In this document: positions 38,801-51,459 of the stretch, piece after piece
Layout of the letters: each line of letters opens with the position of its first letter
How positions within the stretch are numbered: the first letter of the stretch is position 1
Source: Lama glama
Lineage: Eukaryota
Length of the DNA stretch: 64,000 nt
Direction of reading: 5' to 3'
NCBI GenBank assembly: GCA_028534125.1
Contig: CM052816.1
Location: 44,456,001 to 44,520,000, forward strand
Program-made: the position numbers and the translations under genes
The notes under the pieces: model-generated
Database searches by the model: none
What the model was told of the DNA's origin: nothing
What the model saw: the letters and a program-made list of their open reading frames with translations, nothing else

Positions 38801-41353
38801 TGGTAATTTTTTGTAACTGAAACTACAACACATGAAAAGGAAAGACTTGGACCTATTATGTATGTCATATCAGAAGGCCAAATTGCTACTGACGGTAGAG
38901 ATCACTTGAGGAAATCATCTGACTTTATAGCTGAAGAGTATGAGAGTCTTATGTCCAGAAAGTAGACCATTTCTTTATGATTCATGAATGGGTGACCAGA
39001 TGGCACTGTATCGCAGAAAGAAGGCCCATGCTTTCACTCTGCTGATCATTTGTGGATACTTTTCTTAATTACTTGAATCTAGGAGATATTGGACTATTAA
39101 TAGCATGGACTTCAATTAATTGCTTTGTTTTCTCTTCAACTATTTTTCATTTCTTTGGCACAAAATCTGCAAGAACTTTTGACATGAAAATACTTAATCA
39201 ACTTTCAAGGGGAAATGTCTGAGAAAGTAGAGACTACCCTGTATTCCCACCACTGAGCGGACAGCAGGAGACGGTTGATTAGGGGAATGAAATGCAAAGC
39301 CTCAAGTTTCTTCAGAACTGCTGAGGCAGGCCTTTAAAACAAAGCCTTCTAGAACTATGGAATGTAAGAACTAGTTATTCTTTAATTTAAAATGAATCCA
39401 AGGACATGTGTGGCACAAATAAATTTTCCATTAATATTAATGGATAGATTACATTTAAAGATAAAGCACAAAGCAAATTTTGGTAGTAAGGGTGTTAATG
39501 CTTTTATTATTCTACCCTTGCTCGTCTCCATCACTGCATGATAACACTTATTTCCCTTTTAAAAAGTCTCTTGCTCCTTACCTCATGCCTTCCTTCTGTG
39601 TGTACGTGTGTGGGTCTGTGTGTCTGTATTTTCATCTGTATTTCTTCCTAGGATCACATTTTTTTTAAGAGCTTTGAAAACATTTCAAGTCATTTAGTAA
39701 CATGATGCCTCTTTATGTACTAAAATGTTAATTAAAACATAGTAAGTATGCTGCATAATGGAAAATTCTTCTTCTAACTGTATCAAAGCTTCAGAAAATG
39801 AGATGATACCTAAGAATTAAAACACTATTCTTCAGAGTTTTCCATAGTCACTTTTAAAGTAAGTATATAATTTACTATGTTACCTATAGGTATTATCAAG
39901 GAAAGGAAGTTTTATCATAACAAAGACGTATTGGTTACATACAACAACTTCAGATTTCTGAAAAAAAATTAAGGTAGAATTTTAAACAATTAAAATAGAA
40001 ATTTAAAATAGAATTATCTATTGGCATTTTCTTAAATTCGATATTCTGAGAAACTGAGCATTATCACATATATTCTTCAGGGAGCTTCAAATTTCAAAAA
40101 TGAGAAAAGAAAACAAATTACTAACACTCCAATGAATACTCTTTCTTTAGTTATTACTGAGGTACTTTAGGATGAGTGCTAATAATAAACATAAGAAAAA
40201 TGCTAATTGATATGCTAATGTTTGCTGATTCTTCTTTAATTTTGGTTGTCTTTACTTTTTTAATATTAACCACACTTAAAAAAAAGAGAGGCTTCATTAA
40301 CAAAGCTACAGGAGAACAAGAAAGGAAAGGAAAAATGATTTTTCTTATTTAACAAATGAGAGAAATGTCATACTGGTTCAAACTGTCATTTTTAAAAAAG
40401 ACATTTACACTTCTGTATATCATTTTTGGAAAATTCTAAAATGTCTTTCTTTTCTAAGATATTCTGGCTGGCGTTCAGCATTTTTTATTTTTATGTTATC
40501 TCACGTGACTTTTTGTTAAGAGATACTTCAGGATATTTTTCATAAAATGTGCTCAGTTTAGAGCCTCGGGTTTATTTTATTTTTTACACTCATGCGGCAT
40601 TATCTGCACTCTCCTTACAAGAACAAAAATATCTCGAAAGAGTAAAGCTTCCCAAGGTCATTGGCCCGTGTCTTTCCGACTCCTCAACCAGGTATTCATT
40701 CTTCTTAGCTTCTTGTCAGTGCGCCGTGATATCCTTCACATCTGTCTGTGCCTTTGCTTTTATTAGCAGAAAATACAGCTATAGCTTTAGTATCATGTGT
40801 ACTATAAAGACAGGATTTTCAAGAGATTTGACAACTCTCATATTTCCTGAAGTATTCTCAATGTAACACAGAAACAGTTTATTACTGTTAAGTAGTGACT
40901 GTCTCTCCAGCTTGAATAATGAAGTTCTCCAGGTCAGTATTTTATACAATGATACATTTAAGGAAGCATTCCTCTTCAACTCGGCACTAAAACAATGGCT
41001 GTCATAACACAGGTCTAGGTATTATCCATCTCACGTCCCACCGTAATCAATCTAATTCGCAGGGCAGGGGAAGTCTAATACGTTACTGAGTTAAGCCAGG
41101 AATTTGCTTCTACCAAAATGTTTGTAAAGGGGCATAATAAAATTATTTACAGATATGAACTCCTAGTCTATAGCGTGGAATAAATTTAACCTTCGGTGAA
41201 GAGTGCCCACAGCTGCAGGTGATTTACCTGTGTTGCTGGCAAAGGCCCTTCAGGTATGAAAGCCTCAAGCCTGAGCTGCAAAAATCCACTCAGGTTAGTG
41301 AGATGGGAGAGGGGCAGATATGCATTTAAAAAGCCTAATTCTTGAGTCTGACA

Positions 41354-41360
41354 GCGCGCG

Positions 41361-41402
<42 letters not shown>
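41354..41402. repeat. Compound (GC)8-A-(CA)16 microsatellite
   Basis: Seen directly; uninterrupted purine-pyrimidine alternation. Confidence 0.97.
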
Positions 41403-41404
<2 letters not shown>

Positions 41405-41864
41405 GTGTGCTTTATGGAATTATTAAAAATCAAAATCTTGCCCATCTTTTGTTTCCATATTTCATGACAAGAGACGATTTCTAAGGGAGAAATACTTCCT
41501 TGCTGGTCAGATAACAACAGTGAGTTTTAGCATGGAATAAATTCACAAACTTTTCATTCCAGTCTAAAGAAGCCAAAAGCATACATCTGCATCGATCCTC
41601 TTGGCAGCAAAAAGCAAGTCCCTTTGAAGCTTTAAGTTTGTACCAACACCTGTTAAGTCTCTGCCTGCCCTCGATTCCATTTTATGTCTGGCAGCAGTGC
41701 AAGTGTACTCCAATTGAAGATGATTCCATAGCATAAAGAAAATGTACCTTGGCCAGCGATGTGCATCTATTTTTTTTTTCTTTCTCCTGTTTTCCTTCTC
41801 CTCATATACCCTGCTCCTGCTGCTTTGAGCGAGGAAAAACTCACTGGGGTAGGTCTTCTCTTCT

Positions 41865-42020
41865 CCATGGATTGGTGAGTAGTTCATTTCAATGGGAAAA
41901 CCATTTTGACGTAGGCTTTGACCTGCATGTTCCACCGAAGCTGGCTCCTATAAATAGCTGACTCCTGTATATGTTTTTCAATTGGCTCAGAACCAATGGG
42001 AGGAGAGGTATGATTGGCAT
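41865..42020. promoter_or_regulatory. Promoter-like motif cluster (4 CCAAT boxes, MEF2 site, CRE-like site)
   Basis: ATTGG at 41871, 41981 and 42013; CCAAT at 41993; CTATAAATAG at 41948-41957; TGACGTA at 41907-41913; TGACCT at 41919-41924. Confidence 0.55.
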
Positions 42021-42077
42021 CGCAGAACAAAGCACGATAGTGCGCTCATCACTTTCCATCACTTTTGACTTCTCTCA

Positions 42078-42623
42078 TGTGGCAGACTGCATCGTGCCGA
42101 GATGGATGCACCTATACATATTCTAGCTCACGTGTTTTTTCTTAATGTGACAGTAATCCATCTCCATCAAGAGATGTAATCCCTATTTTTCTTCTCGAAC
42201 TTGGGTGCATCCTTGTAACCATCTTAAGTAGAACTTGGTGGGAGGAAGTCTAATTTTTGTGGCTATATTATAAAAGGTGAAATAACTTCTACCTGTTTCT
42301 CTTTCTCTGTCTGAGCTTGTCCAACATGTTGTGAGGAAGACCACGCTTATGGAGACATTAAAGTGTTCCAGGCAACAGTTCCAGCTATGTCTCCAGCTGA
42401 TAGCGAGCATCAACCACCAGACATGTGACTGATATGCCATCAGGTTATTCTAACACTCAGCTCTCAGCTTTTCCAGTACAAACCCAAAAAATCATGATAG
42501 AGATAAGCCATCTCCACTCTGCCCTACTCACATTTCTGACACACAGAAACCATGGGAGGTAATAAATTTTGTTTGAAACCACTAAATTTTGAGGTGGTTT
42601 GTTATGCGGCAATAAATAATACA
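42078..42623 (+). mobile_element. MaLR solo LTR (MLT1 family, G/H-like)
   Basis: Starts TGTGGCAGACTG and ends 'aaaccactaaattttgaggtggtttgttatgcggcaataaataataca'. Confidence 0.88.
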
Positions 42624-43849
42624 GTCCCCCATATCTTTTAATCTCCTATCTTTCCTTCAAAATTGTATTTGCAAACTGTTACAGCAGGCTCTATATGCTG
42701 TCTTTCTCTTAATCATGGAACTACCCTGCCAAAACCCATCATAAGAGTGACCATCTCAGTGTCAAAGGAAATTGCCTCTTATTCCTGCATGTTCCCACTA
42801 CAATGTCTGTAGGAACCTTAATGAAGTATTTATGTGCTTCAAGATATACTGGTTTGGGACCTGAGAAAATAAATGTGTGTCTCAGATTCCCTCCAGAATG
42901 ATGTTGTCTGTAAAAACACCTCAGGCCAAGTGACCTTGCCCAAAGCATGATGTGTAACTCACCAGAGCAGAGGCCTGGAGGATTCAGTGAGTCCGTGAGG
43001 ACCTCTTTCTGCCTCACTTGCTCTGAGCACTGGAAGCCTGAATACAATTGTCACTGCCTACCATCAAGCCCACATTCTATTCAAATCAATATCCAAAGGG
43101 GTTCTTTGACTCAAGATGTTGTGTAGAGAACTTAGTAACTGCACTGATGCTAGGAAATGAGAAGTAAATTGCTATACAGTGTAATTCTTGAATACAATTC
43201 TGTTAGAATGAAAATACCATAAAGGTATAATTTCCAGTTCTTTTCATCAAAATTTTCTTGAAGTAGAATCTTAAAGTGGCAAGCCCCACACACCAAAGAG
43301 ATGAGTGGCCCGTGGTGGAGGTGGCCATTGGAAATCCAAATCCCCGGCAATACTCTGCCCGCTCTAGTCCCCACTTCCGAAGTCCCAAGGGATTGTTGCA
43401 GAAACCCTACTGTAATCCCGGGAGCCAGGCTTATAAACCTATCTGGCTTTTTTTAAACTCCTCTTGAATATGAAACAAGTTTTGAAACTAGTGAAAAAAA
43501 AAAAAACAAAAACAACTAATCCTCAGTTTGTTATTGTCCACAAGATCTAGGTGGGATTTCTCTTAGGTTCTTCAGATTCTGCCATTTCTGTATTTTTCAC
43601 AGAGGTATAAACTGAAGAACTCGCATGCTTACTCAAAGGACCTTGTCGTTTATTTTATATAACTCTGTTTCGATATTTGCTCAAAGTATAAAATTTAAAA
43701 TCAGACTTACCTGTGTATCTAAGAATATTTTGCTTTTTTTCCTTCAGCAAAAAATATAAGAAATGCCTGCCGATCATTAATTATTACTGGGGAAGGTATT
43801 CCATCCCCTGTCTATTTGACTGCTTCTAATTCTTTGTCTCCATTTTCCA

Positions 43850-44180
43850 TTACTTTTTCAAATTCTGTCAATTCAACCTCCTCCAGCTTACCACATCTGC
43901 CTTACTACTCCACAGACCGCTGCAGTCTCGTCAATCATTCCCTCAGATCTAGTCTTCTACTTCCTAACTGACCTCCACGCTCTCAATTCCCTGCTCTTTC
44001 TATCTCTTAAATATTGATGACAGAATAATTTCCAAAATCATATGACCCTCTCCTGTTCAGGTATTTTCACTCACCCCTTCCTTGTGTGAAGATCTTTGCT
44101 CGATTGGCAAATTTTTTCAGTCACTGATGTCCAAGTGCAGTTTTTGTTATGACTCCTTACAAACCCTATACACCAACCAA
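43850..44180 (+). mobile_element. L2 fragment
   Basis: 'ttcctaactgacctccacgctctcaatt...cagaataatttccaaaatcatatgaccctctcctgttcag'. Confidence 0.6.
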
Positions 44181-44559
44181 CACCATCATCTTATTCACCT
44201 AAAAGGATTGGATGATGCTCAAAGAAACTCATTGTCTAAAAGAAGCTAAAAGTAATTAAAGAAGGCAGGGTGAAAAACATGTAAGAATTATAAAATAAGA
44301 TTAGGAATTTTATTAAATACAGATACATCATATCAAGTCCAGTGTTGATATTCACAGCATCCCTAGCATCCACGTATTAAAATTAGATCTGAGTTCAGGG
44401 GATTATATATACCCATTTTTGTTTCGCTGCCTTCAAGAAGAATGGCCATTATTTCACGGTAGTAATAAAAATTTTTTTGCAGCTGCAGCAAATATTATTT
44501 ATTATGTACACAACAGTGTGTTCATGTTACAGCTTAGGTTGCTGTGATTAGTAAGTACG

Positions 44560-44720
44560 TCCAACTTCTACAATCTTTCTTTAATAGACAGGGAAACTAA
44601 GGTCAAGGTAGTTTAATTAACCTGCTCCAAGGACCCACTGCTGCTTAGTGGTGTCAAGGTACCAAGCTAAGCAGTCTGGCTTCAGAGCCCAAGTTCGTAA
44701 CCAGTATTCCAGACTGCATT
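44560..44720 (-). mobile_element. MIR SINE
   Basis: 'tagacagggaaactaaggtc...ctccaaggacccac...gcagtctggcttcagagccc'. Confidence 0.8.
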
Positions 44721-44800
44721 TAGAAGCTCTCGTGGCTATCTGCTGAAATAGTGGACAGGTGAACCACGTGTTCATGTCCTTCCAGCTCTCCTGCAGACAA

Positions 44801-45342
44801 TGTGGCGGGAAATAATAAAGGATGCTATAGGGAGTGGTGCATGTCTCAGGTTAAGTGTCCGCTTGACATTCTCATTTGCCGCTAAATCCTTTTGTTCCCT
44901 GCTCTTAGCCTGTTACTGCGACTCCTGTGTCCATCTCTCAATGTGTCTGCAAAACCTGGAGAACTACGTTAACTGTTAATGGGATGGTCTGTGCTAACCT
45001 GCTGATCTCATCCTACCTCCATGATCTACTCTGCTAACTCTCTTGGTGCCCTGAGCTCTGATAAGAGGTCCTACCATGGGCATCCTCAGCCATACTCAAC
45101 AATCCTGTCCTGGCCCTACACTCTGCCTCTTGTTCCATCTTTTCCCCAAGCCTGGAGAGCATTTATACCCTGCCACTACGAGCCACCTCATTAGAGACCT
45201 CATATGTCCAAACACCAGGACACCTGAGGAGGCAGGAGGTGGGTTGTTTCCCCAACTCTCAATACCCACCCCAGACTCTCTTGCAGAAAAAGAAAAGTGT
45301 TCTAATAAACCTAAACACTTTCCTGTCTTGAGTTTGGTAAAC
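44801..45342 (+). mobile_element. Possible ancient solo LTR, family unassigned
   Basis: GC-elevated block of ~540 bp bounded by TG...CA, with AATAAA at 45304 near the 3' end. No TSD seen. Confidence 0.35.
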
Positions 45343-46118
45343 ATGCTAAGAAGAAAGCCAAATTTTGACCAACTTTCTACTCAGAAGAAAAAGAATAAAT
45401 TTTATGATTTATTTATTGATTTTATGTCAAACTTCCAAATGTGTGAAATTTTATCAATGTTCCATCTTCCATTTCAATGCTGTTATGTTCAAAGTCCCTG
45501 AGGACACAAAAAATACTGAGATATTTCTTCTCCATTCTACTTTTCAAATTCACACAAGTTTTGAATTGCTCAGGTTCTGACTTCCTACAAGAATTCTACA
45601 AGTCCAAAACATCTGTGATTGAGCCCTGACACTACAGGTGAACAGGCTGCATGTTTTAACATAATTTTGTGGTTTCTTTCTATGTAGACTTAATATTATT
45701 AAGAGGCATGCAAGATGTGGGTACTTAAGCCATCCAGAAAGAAATCACTATAAAGTGTGTGTTTATATTAAAGTAATAATAGTGTGTAACTTTATACCTA
45801 AGGATGACCTCGGTGAGAATTTGCTATGATGCTCAATGTCTGGGTTTAGTGTCAAAAGCTCAACAGTGAAGCTCTGGGGAAGGTTTCATCACTGAAATGT
45901 AATGAGGGCAAGGCAATACAAATATACTGGGAGGAAAATAAATATTAATATTTTAAAATGTGAGTGAAAATAATCTCTAAACATTATCTGAATATAAATT
46001 AATTTCATATAAAGTATGTAAAATATATAAAAATTATACCTTAATTCAGGGACCTCACTAAGAACATAGTATTATTGTATTAACAGACATGGTTAAATGT
46101 CTATCAGAAAGTTTCAGG

Positions 46119-46489
46119 CATATCAGTAGGAATAGTCTAGTGTATGCTGTAGTCAAACAATCCCCCAATCTCAGTGGCAACTCATAGTGACTATTTCTCA
46201 TTCACATAAATTCCACTGCAGGTCCAGGTAGCTCTTCAGGGATGCATCTAGTATTCTGGGCTGCTCTAAATTTATGGCATCTCCTATACCAATGGATACT
46301 TTTGCAATTACCTCAAGCCAAGAAAGAAAAAAACATGGGGAATGACACAAATTATGTATCACTCAAAATTAAATTTTATTGGTCAAAACAAGCCCCATGA
46401 CCACACATAACTCCAGTGATGCATAGAAGAACAATTTGTTTTCTGTGTCTAAAAAGATATTTAGGTGAGGAGGCATAACATTGACCACA
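46119..46489 (-). mobile_element. MaLR LTR (old MLT1 subfamily)
   Basis: 'tatgctgtagtcaaacaatcccccaatctcagtggc' and 'ttattggtcaaaacaagccccatgaccacacataac'; ends 'gaccaca'. Confidence 0.8.
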
Positions 46490-49409
46490 AAAGTCAACTG
46501 GATTTTCATAATTGCTGACAAATGCACTTTGTCTATCAGTAAAATCAAATTGTAATCAGGTTACTTTGTGAATATAAGATGAGAACAAGGATGGTTATAC
46601 AACTTTCTTCTCTTATGCCATCAAGTAATGATGTTTATACTAGTATACGTGCAATGTAGACCAAATATTAATATAAATAATATCTGAGTTTATAAAGAGC
46701 CTCTAAGAATGTTAAATAAATTGGATCAGTCAGTCAAAAGAAATTACCTGAGACTCCATAAGGAAGTTAGCAGTGTTTAACATGCTTGGAACCTGGACAA
46801 GACCAGAAAATAGGCTCTTATCAGACAACTAAAAAGCCAGGCACATATTATACAGTAAGTTAGACCACAAAATGTAGAGATCTGTCCAACTCCATCACTT
46901 GAAAAAAATGTTATGTAATTAATATAATTAAAGGGAAACTCCATGATGAGTTAAAAGAAGTACAAAAAGTTCAATTGAATATGTAATACATGGAGTTGCT
47001 TTATTGCAAATTTACTGAGATGAGTTGGCACAAGGAATTAGCCAGCAGTCTATAGGGTAAACCTGAGTCTTCCATACCTGTCCTGGTCCAGATACACCTT
47101 TCTGCTACCTGGCAGCTTTTTAAATTCAAGAATATCTAGGGATGAATCAAGTCCTGTGGTTCTGTGATTTCTAGCACAGAAGTGCTAGTGAGTAGATACG
47201 CATTTTCTAAATCATGGAATTTGGGTCAGGAGAATGCTAGGGTCAAGGGAACTATCATTCTCTTTATCCTTCCCCCAAAGTGGCCTCCTGCTGCTTCTCC
47301 ATCTGGCCTCATTTTCCATGAACTCCCTTCCCATGTCCAACAGTGTAAGTATTTACCCTGCTCTAATTTGAAAACGGGGCTGCACAGGTAATGGAAGCCT
47401 GTAGAAACTCACATCATATGTATCTAAATTTCCAGTGTTGCTGTATTTATTTTTTTAATTCAAGCAATTCTGAAAGTTATCAAGTAAAAGCGTAAAAGCC
47501 TCTCTCTTAACTCCACCCTTATCCCATTCTTCAGACAAAAATCCTTTTTTCTAGAAATCCAAAAATGGCGGCATACAGGGTCTGAGTGTGTCATTCAAAG
47601 ATTTAACAGTATTTAATAGAAGTATTAAGAGAACAATATAGGATCTGTCACTTTTGTATAATACAGTGCTAAAGAGGGTGAGTATTTTGCTTTCATTTTG
47701 CAACTATGATATAAAAACTAGGATATGAACATAAAAGTTTAGAAAACTTGGTATTAACAAAATTAGTAATCACCATTAATTTAGAATAAAAGTATCTTAA
47801 AAATACATTTGGAGACCTGGATTTCCACTTTATGTTCTTAAAAAAAATTGTCAATTTGTCATTATACTTTGATCTTTAATATTTTTTAAGCTGATGAAGC
47901 ATTTTCTACTACAGATCTCACATTCTAGAATGCTATTAACTTACTAACTCAATGGGGCTTAATGGTTAATAATTTTTAATATTATTAAAGCTGTACACCA
48001 CCCACAGGAGTTTCCAGTGAATTAGTCCCAGTAGCTCAACCAGTGATTTTATAAGTATAACTAGCTTTAGGCAATTATTGCAATTTTAGAAACCCCAGGC
48101 ATTTTGATTTTTCTCCTGATGAATTAATTTAGTTCTAGTAATTGGTCGTGGCCTTTGTTCAAAAGGTCCAATTCAGTAGCCTAGAATTAAAACTTGATTC
48201 CTCTTCTCTTGTCTACTCAGCATTATTGATTCTGTATTAGATAAAGATTAATCCTCCACCCCAAACACAGTCGTGTCATTCTACCACTAAAATCATTCCA
48301 CAGGCTACCCTCCATGTATGTTTAAATCCATTTTCCTCATTATTGTCTATAAGGTGCTGTTAGCCTCTTCATCAGCTTCATTTAGTCCATTCTCTCCCCT
48401 GTTAAGGTCTAGCCACACTGGTTAAGTTTCAGAAGAAAAAATATATGGGAAACATCAATATACTGTACTGCACTGAACAGATCTTTTCTAAATAGCACTC
48501 CAGTGACTAAACATAGCTCTTGGTGCTTCAAAAGCTACACATCTCATTTTTCACTGTTTACTACTTGGAGAATCAGCAGCAACCTAAAATTTGGCATTAC
48601 AGCATCATATATTTCAGTCATTTTTATGATATTTCTAGAGGCATCTGACATAATGTTTAAGTGGAAATGGATTCAGTTTCTGCCCTACAGGTTACACTAT
48701 AAGTATATGTAGGCATCCATTTAACGTCAAGAAGGAATTTAAAATTCCCATTTCTGAGATTATATGCTCTTAAAATGTAGGGTCCACAGATGTGAGACTC
48801 TACAGACAGAATTAGAGCTAGATGAAACCAGAAGTCTCTACCATAATTTTGTAATTAATTATTCATATATGTTCACCTTAATTATTTAAACCAATTTATC
48901 TGTTAACTCTATATCCTTTTAACTATGCTCTTTATACCAGAGAGAGCTATAACCTAGGAAGATTCTTAGTTCTTACCCTAGCTTCTCCTTGGGGCCTCAA
49001 GAGATTTAACGTGTCAGTCTAGCTCTTGTAAACGCCCTCGCTACACTCCTTTTATTATGCTCTCATATAGTCTTCTCATGTCAAGGGTCTTCACTCCCTT
49101 GGAGCACACTTTTGGGCTTAGACAGAGACTCCACAGACTCAGCATATTTCTGTATTGTATCTTTGAGACCTATTACTGGGAGAGACTTGAGTAACTGACA
49201 CAAAACAGCCATTAGATGACACACAAAGGATTTGATGAACTGGCTTGATATCCTCCCAAGCAAATTTTAAAAATCAGAAGTCAAACTCTACATGTAAGTA
49301 ACTAAATTAGAAAAACACGTTTTATTCTTGTTCTCCTTTTTATACTTGTGCTATTGTGTATCTTTAATTTCATGAGGCCCTGCTAAAACCTGATTTGTCA
49401 TATTTTCTA

Positions 49410-51160
49410 ACATGATTCAAATCTATCTGTTCATGACATAATTGTATAAATGGAAAATCCACAAGAATTATTAAAAAGCAAAATAAAACCAAAACACTAC
49501 TGGATCTAATAAGTGAATTCAGCCAAGTCTCAGTATAAAGGGTCAATGTAAAAAAAAAAAGTACGTATCTATGTAACATACAGTAGCAACATACAAATAG
49601 AAGATAAAATTTCCACATTAATACTGGAGTTTACCAAAACTAAAGCCAATCATGAAGGGAAACTTTTAAAACAAGAAGCAAGCCACTGACTGGGAGAAAA
49701 TATTCCACATTACATACATCAGACAAAAAGATGTGTATCTAGACTTTTACTGTCTCTTTTGCCACCTGTTAGATATAGCTATTTAAATTAAAATTAAAAA
49801 TTCAGTTCCTTAGTTATACTACCCTAATCTTATGTGCTCAGTGGTCATATGTGGTTACTGGCTGTCATGTTAGACAACATATAAAGTTCTATCGGACAGA
49901 GTTAATCTATATAATATAAAGAACTTTTAAAAAGCAGTTAATGAAAATACCACATCCACAAACTGAGAATTCAAATTTATAATCAGAGGTAGAATTACTT
50001 AAAAAATGGTAATTTTATATAATAAAATACTACTCACCAATGAAAAGCAACACATTTCTCATAAAACATGGAAGAACTGCAAAGGCTCTATGTTGAGCCA
50101 AAGAAGCTAGACTTATGTATTGTGTGATTCTATTCAGATGAAAGTTAAGAACTTACAAAATTAACCTCTGGAGACTGAAATCATTGTAGTTGTTACCTCT
50201 AAGAGGGGTGGAGAGGGTATGAGTCACCATCACCACAAATATACACACGCACACAGCCAGTAACTTTAAGAAGGTGACCTTCACTGTGTACGAAAGAACT
50301 GCAAATTAATCACACAAAGCAATACTTGTGTACACCAACTCAAACATCTACAATAAAAATTGCAGTTAGCAATGCAGCTACTAACGTAGAAGAGTTAAGG
50401 ACAACTGGAAACTGAATACACTGCTGGTGGGATTGTAAATTGGTGCAACCACTTTGGAAAACAGTTTAGCAATATCTAATAAAGTGAAATATGTGCATAC
50501 GTTATGAACTGGCAGTTCCACACCTAGATATTTATCCCAGAAAATTCACACCTCTGTTTGCTAAGAGATACACAGAATGTTCGTATCAGGACTATTTGTA
50601 ACTACTTTAGACTAGAAACAACCTAAATGTTTTACTTAAACATTATTTGGGGGCCAATAATACTGGCATGATGGATTTCTATACAGCAGTAACAAAGAAC
50701 AAATTACAACTATATGCATCAACATGTTTGAATTACACAAATACAATGTCAAGTAAAAGGACCCAGGAAGAAAAAAAGAGGACTTATTCTATCATACCAT
50801 TTACGTAAAGTTTAAGAATAGATGAAACTGTGGTATGGAGTCGGCATACTGATTATCTTTTGAGGGCAGGAAGGACAGGAAGTGGGATGAGGGAGCCTCT
50901 GAGGTTTTCACAATGTCCTGGTTTTAGATCTAAATGCTGCTTACATGGTAGGTTCATTTTAACAAAACTCGTCACTTCTGTACAGTTCTGATATGTGTTA
51001 TCTTCTCTATTTTATACTTCAAATGTTTATTAAAGACCTTTTGTTTATCAAAAAAGACAATGAAGAAAGTGAAAAGAAACAAGGGGAGAATATATTTGCA
51101 GTGCATACAACAGATCACTTGTACCTGGGAAAATGTATTGATAGCTTCTATGAGTTACTA
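49410..51160 (+). mobile_element. Cluster of old L1M ORF2 and 3' end fragments
   Basis: 'ctactggatctaataagtgaattcagccaagt', 'gactgggagaaaatatt', 'ctgctggtgggattgtaaattggtgcaaccactttggaaaacagttt'. Confidence 0.85.
49760..49910. mobile_element. MER33/MER3-like hAT fossil inserted in an L1
   Basis: 'aaattcagttccttagt...gtgctcagtggtcatatgtggttactggct...aaagttctatcggacag'. Confidence 0.75.
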
Positions 51161-51169
51161 AATGGTTGC

Positions 51170-51320
51170 CTTAACATTTATCATCTCGGATAATTTTCAC
51201 GGCAACTGCATGATTAACCCCATTTCACTGAGGAAACTGAGACTTAGAGGGTTTCAGTGATTTCCCTCAGCTCACAAACATGGGCTGTCTTCAGGCCCAT
51301 GCTCTCACACTTGTCAGTCA
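51170..51320 (-). mobile_element. MIR SINE
   Basis: 'ccccatttcactgaggaaactgagacttagaggg'. Confidence 0.8.
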
Positions 51321-51459
51321 TACGGTAAACTGCTGTGGGGACTTGCCAAGTCATTCCTCAAGCCATAATTATATTTTTCCTTCAAATTATGTAACCGAGA
51401 ATTAAAATAGATTTTTAAATGTATATTTGTACATACAGGTAATATCCTCCTGAACTACA

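Noticed and set aside
46936..47026. Box C (ATGATGA) ... box D (CTGA) arrangement with a weak terminal stem
   Set aside because: Very AT-rich, no clear C'/D' boxes, and no rRNA/snRNA complementarity that I could recognise. A snoscan/Rfam hit would be needed.
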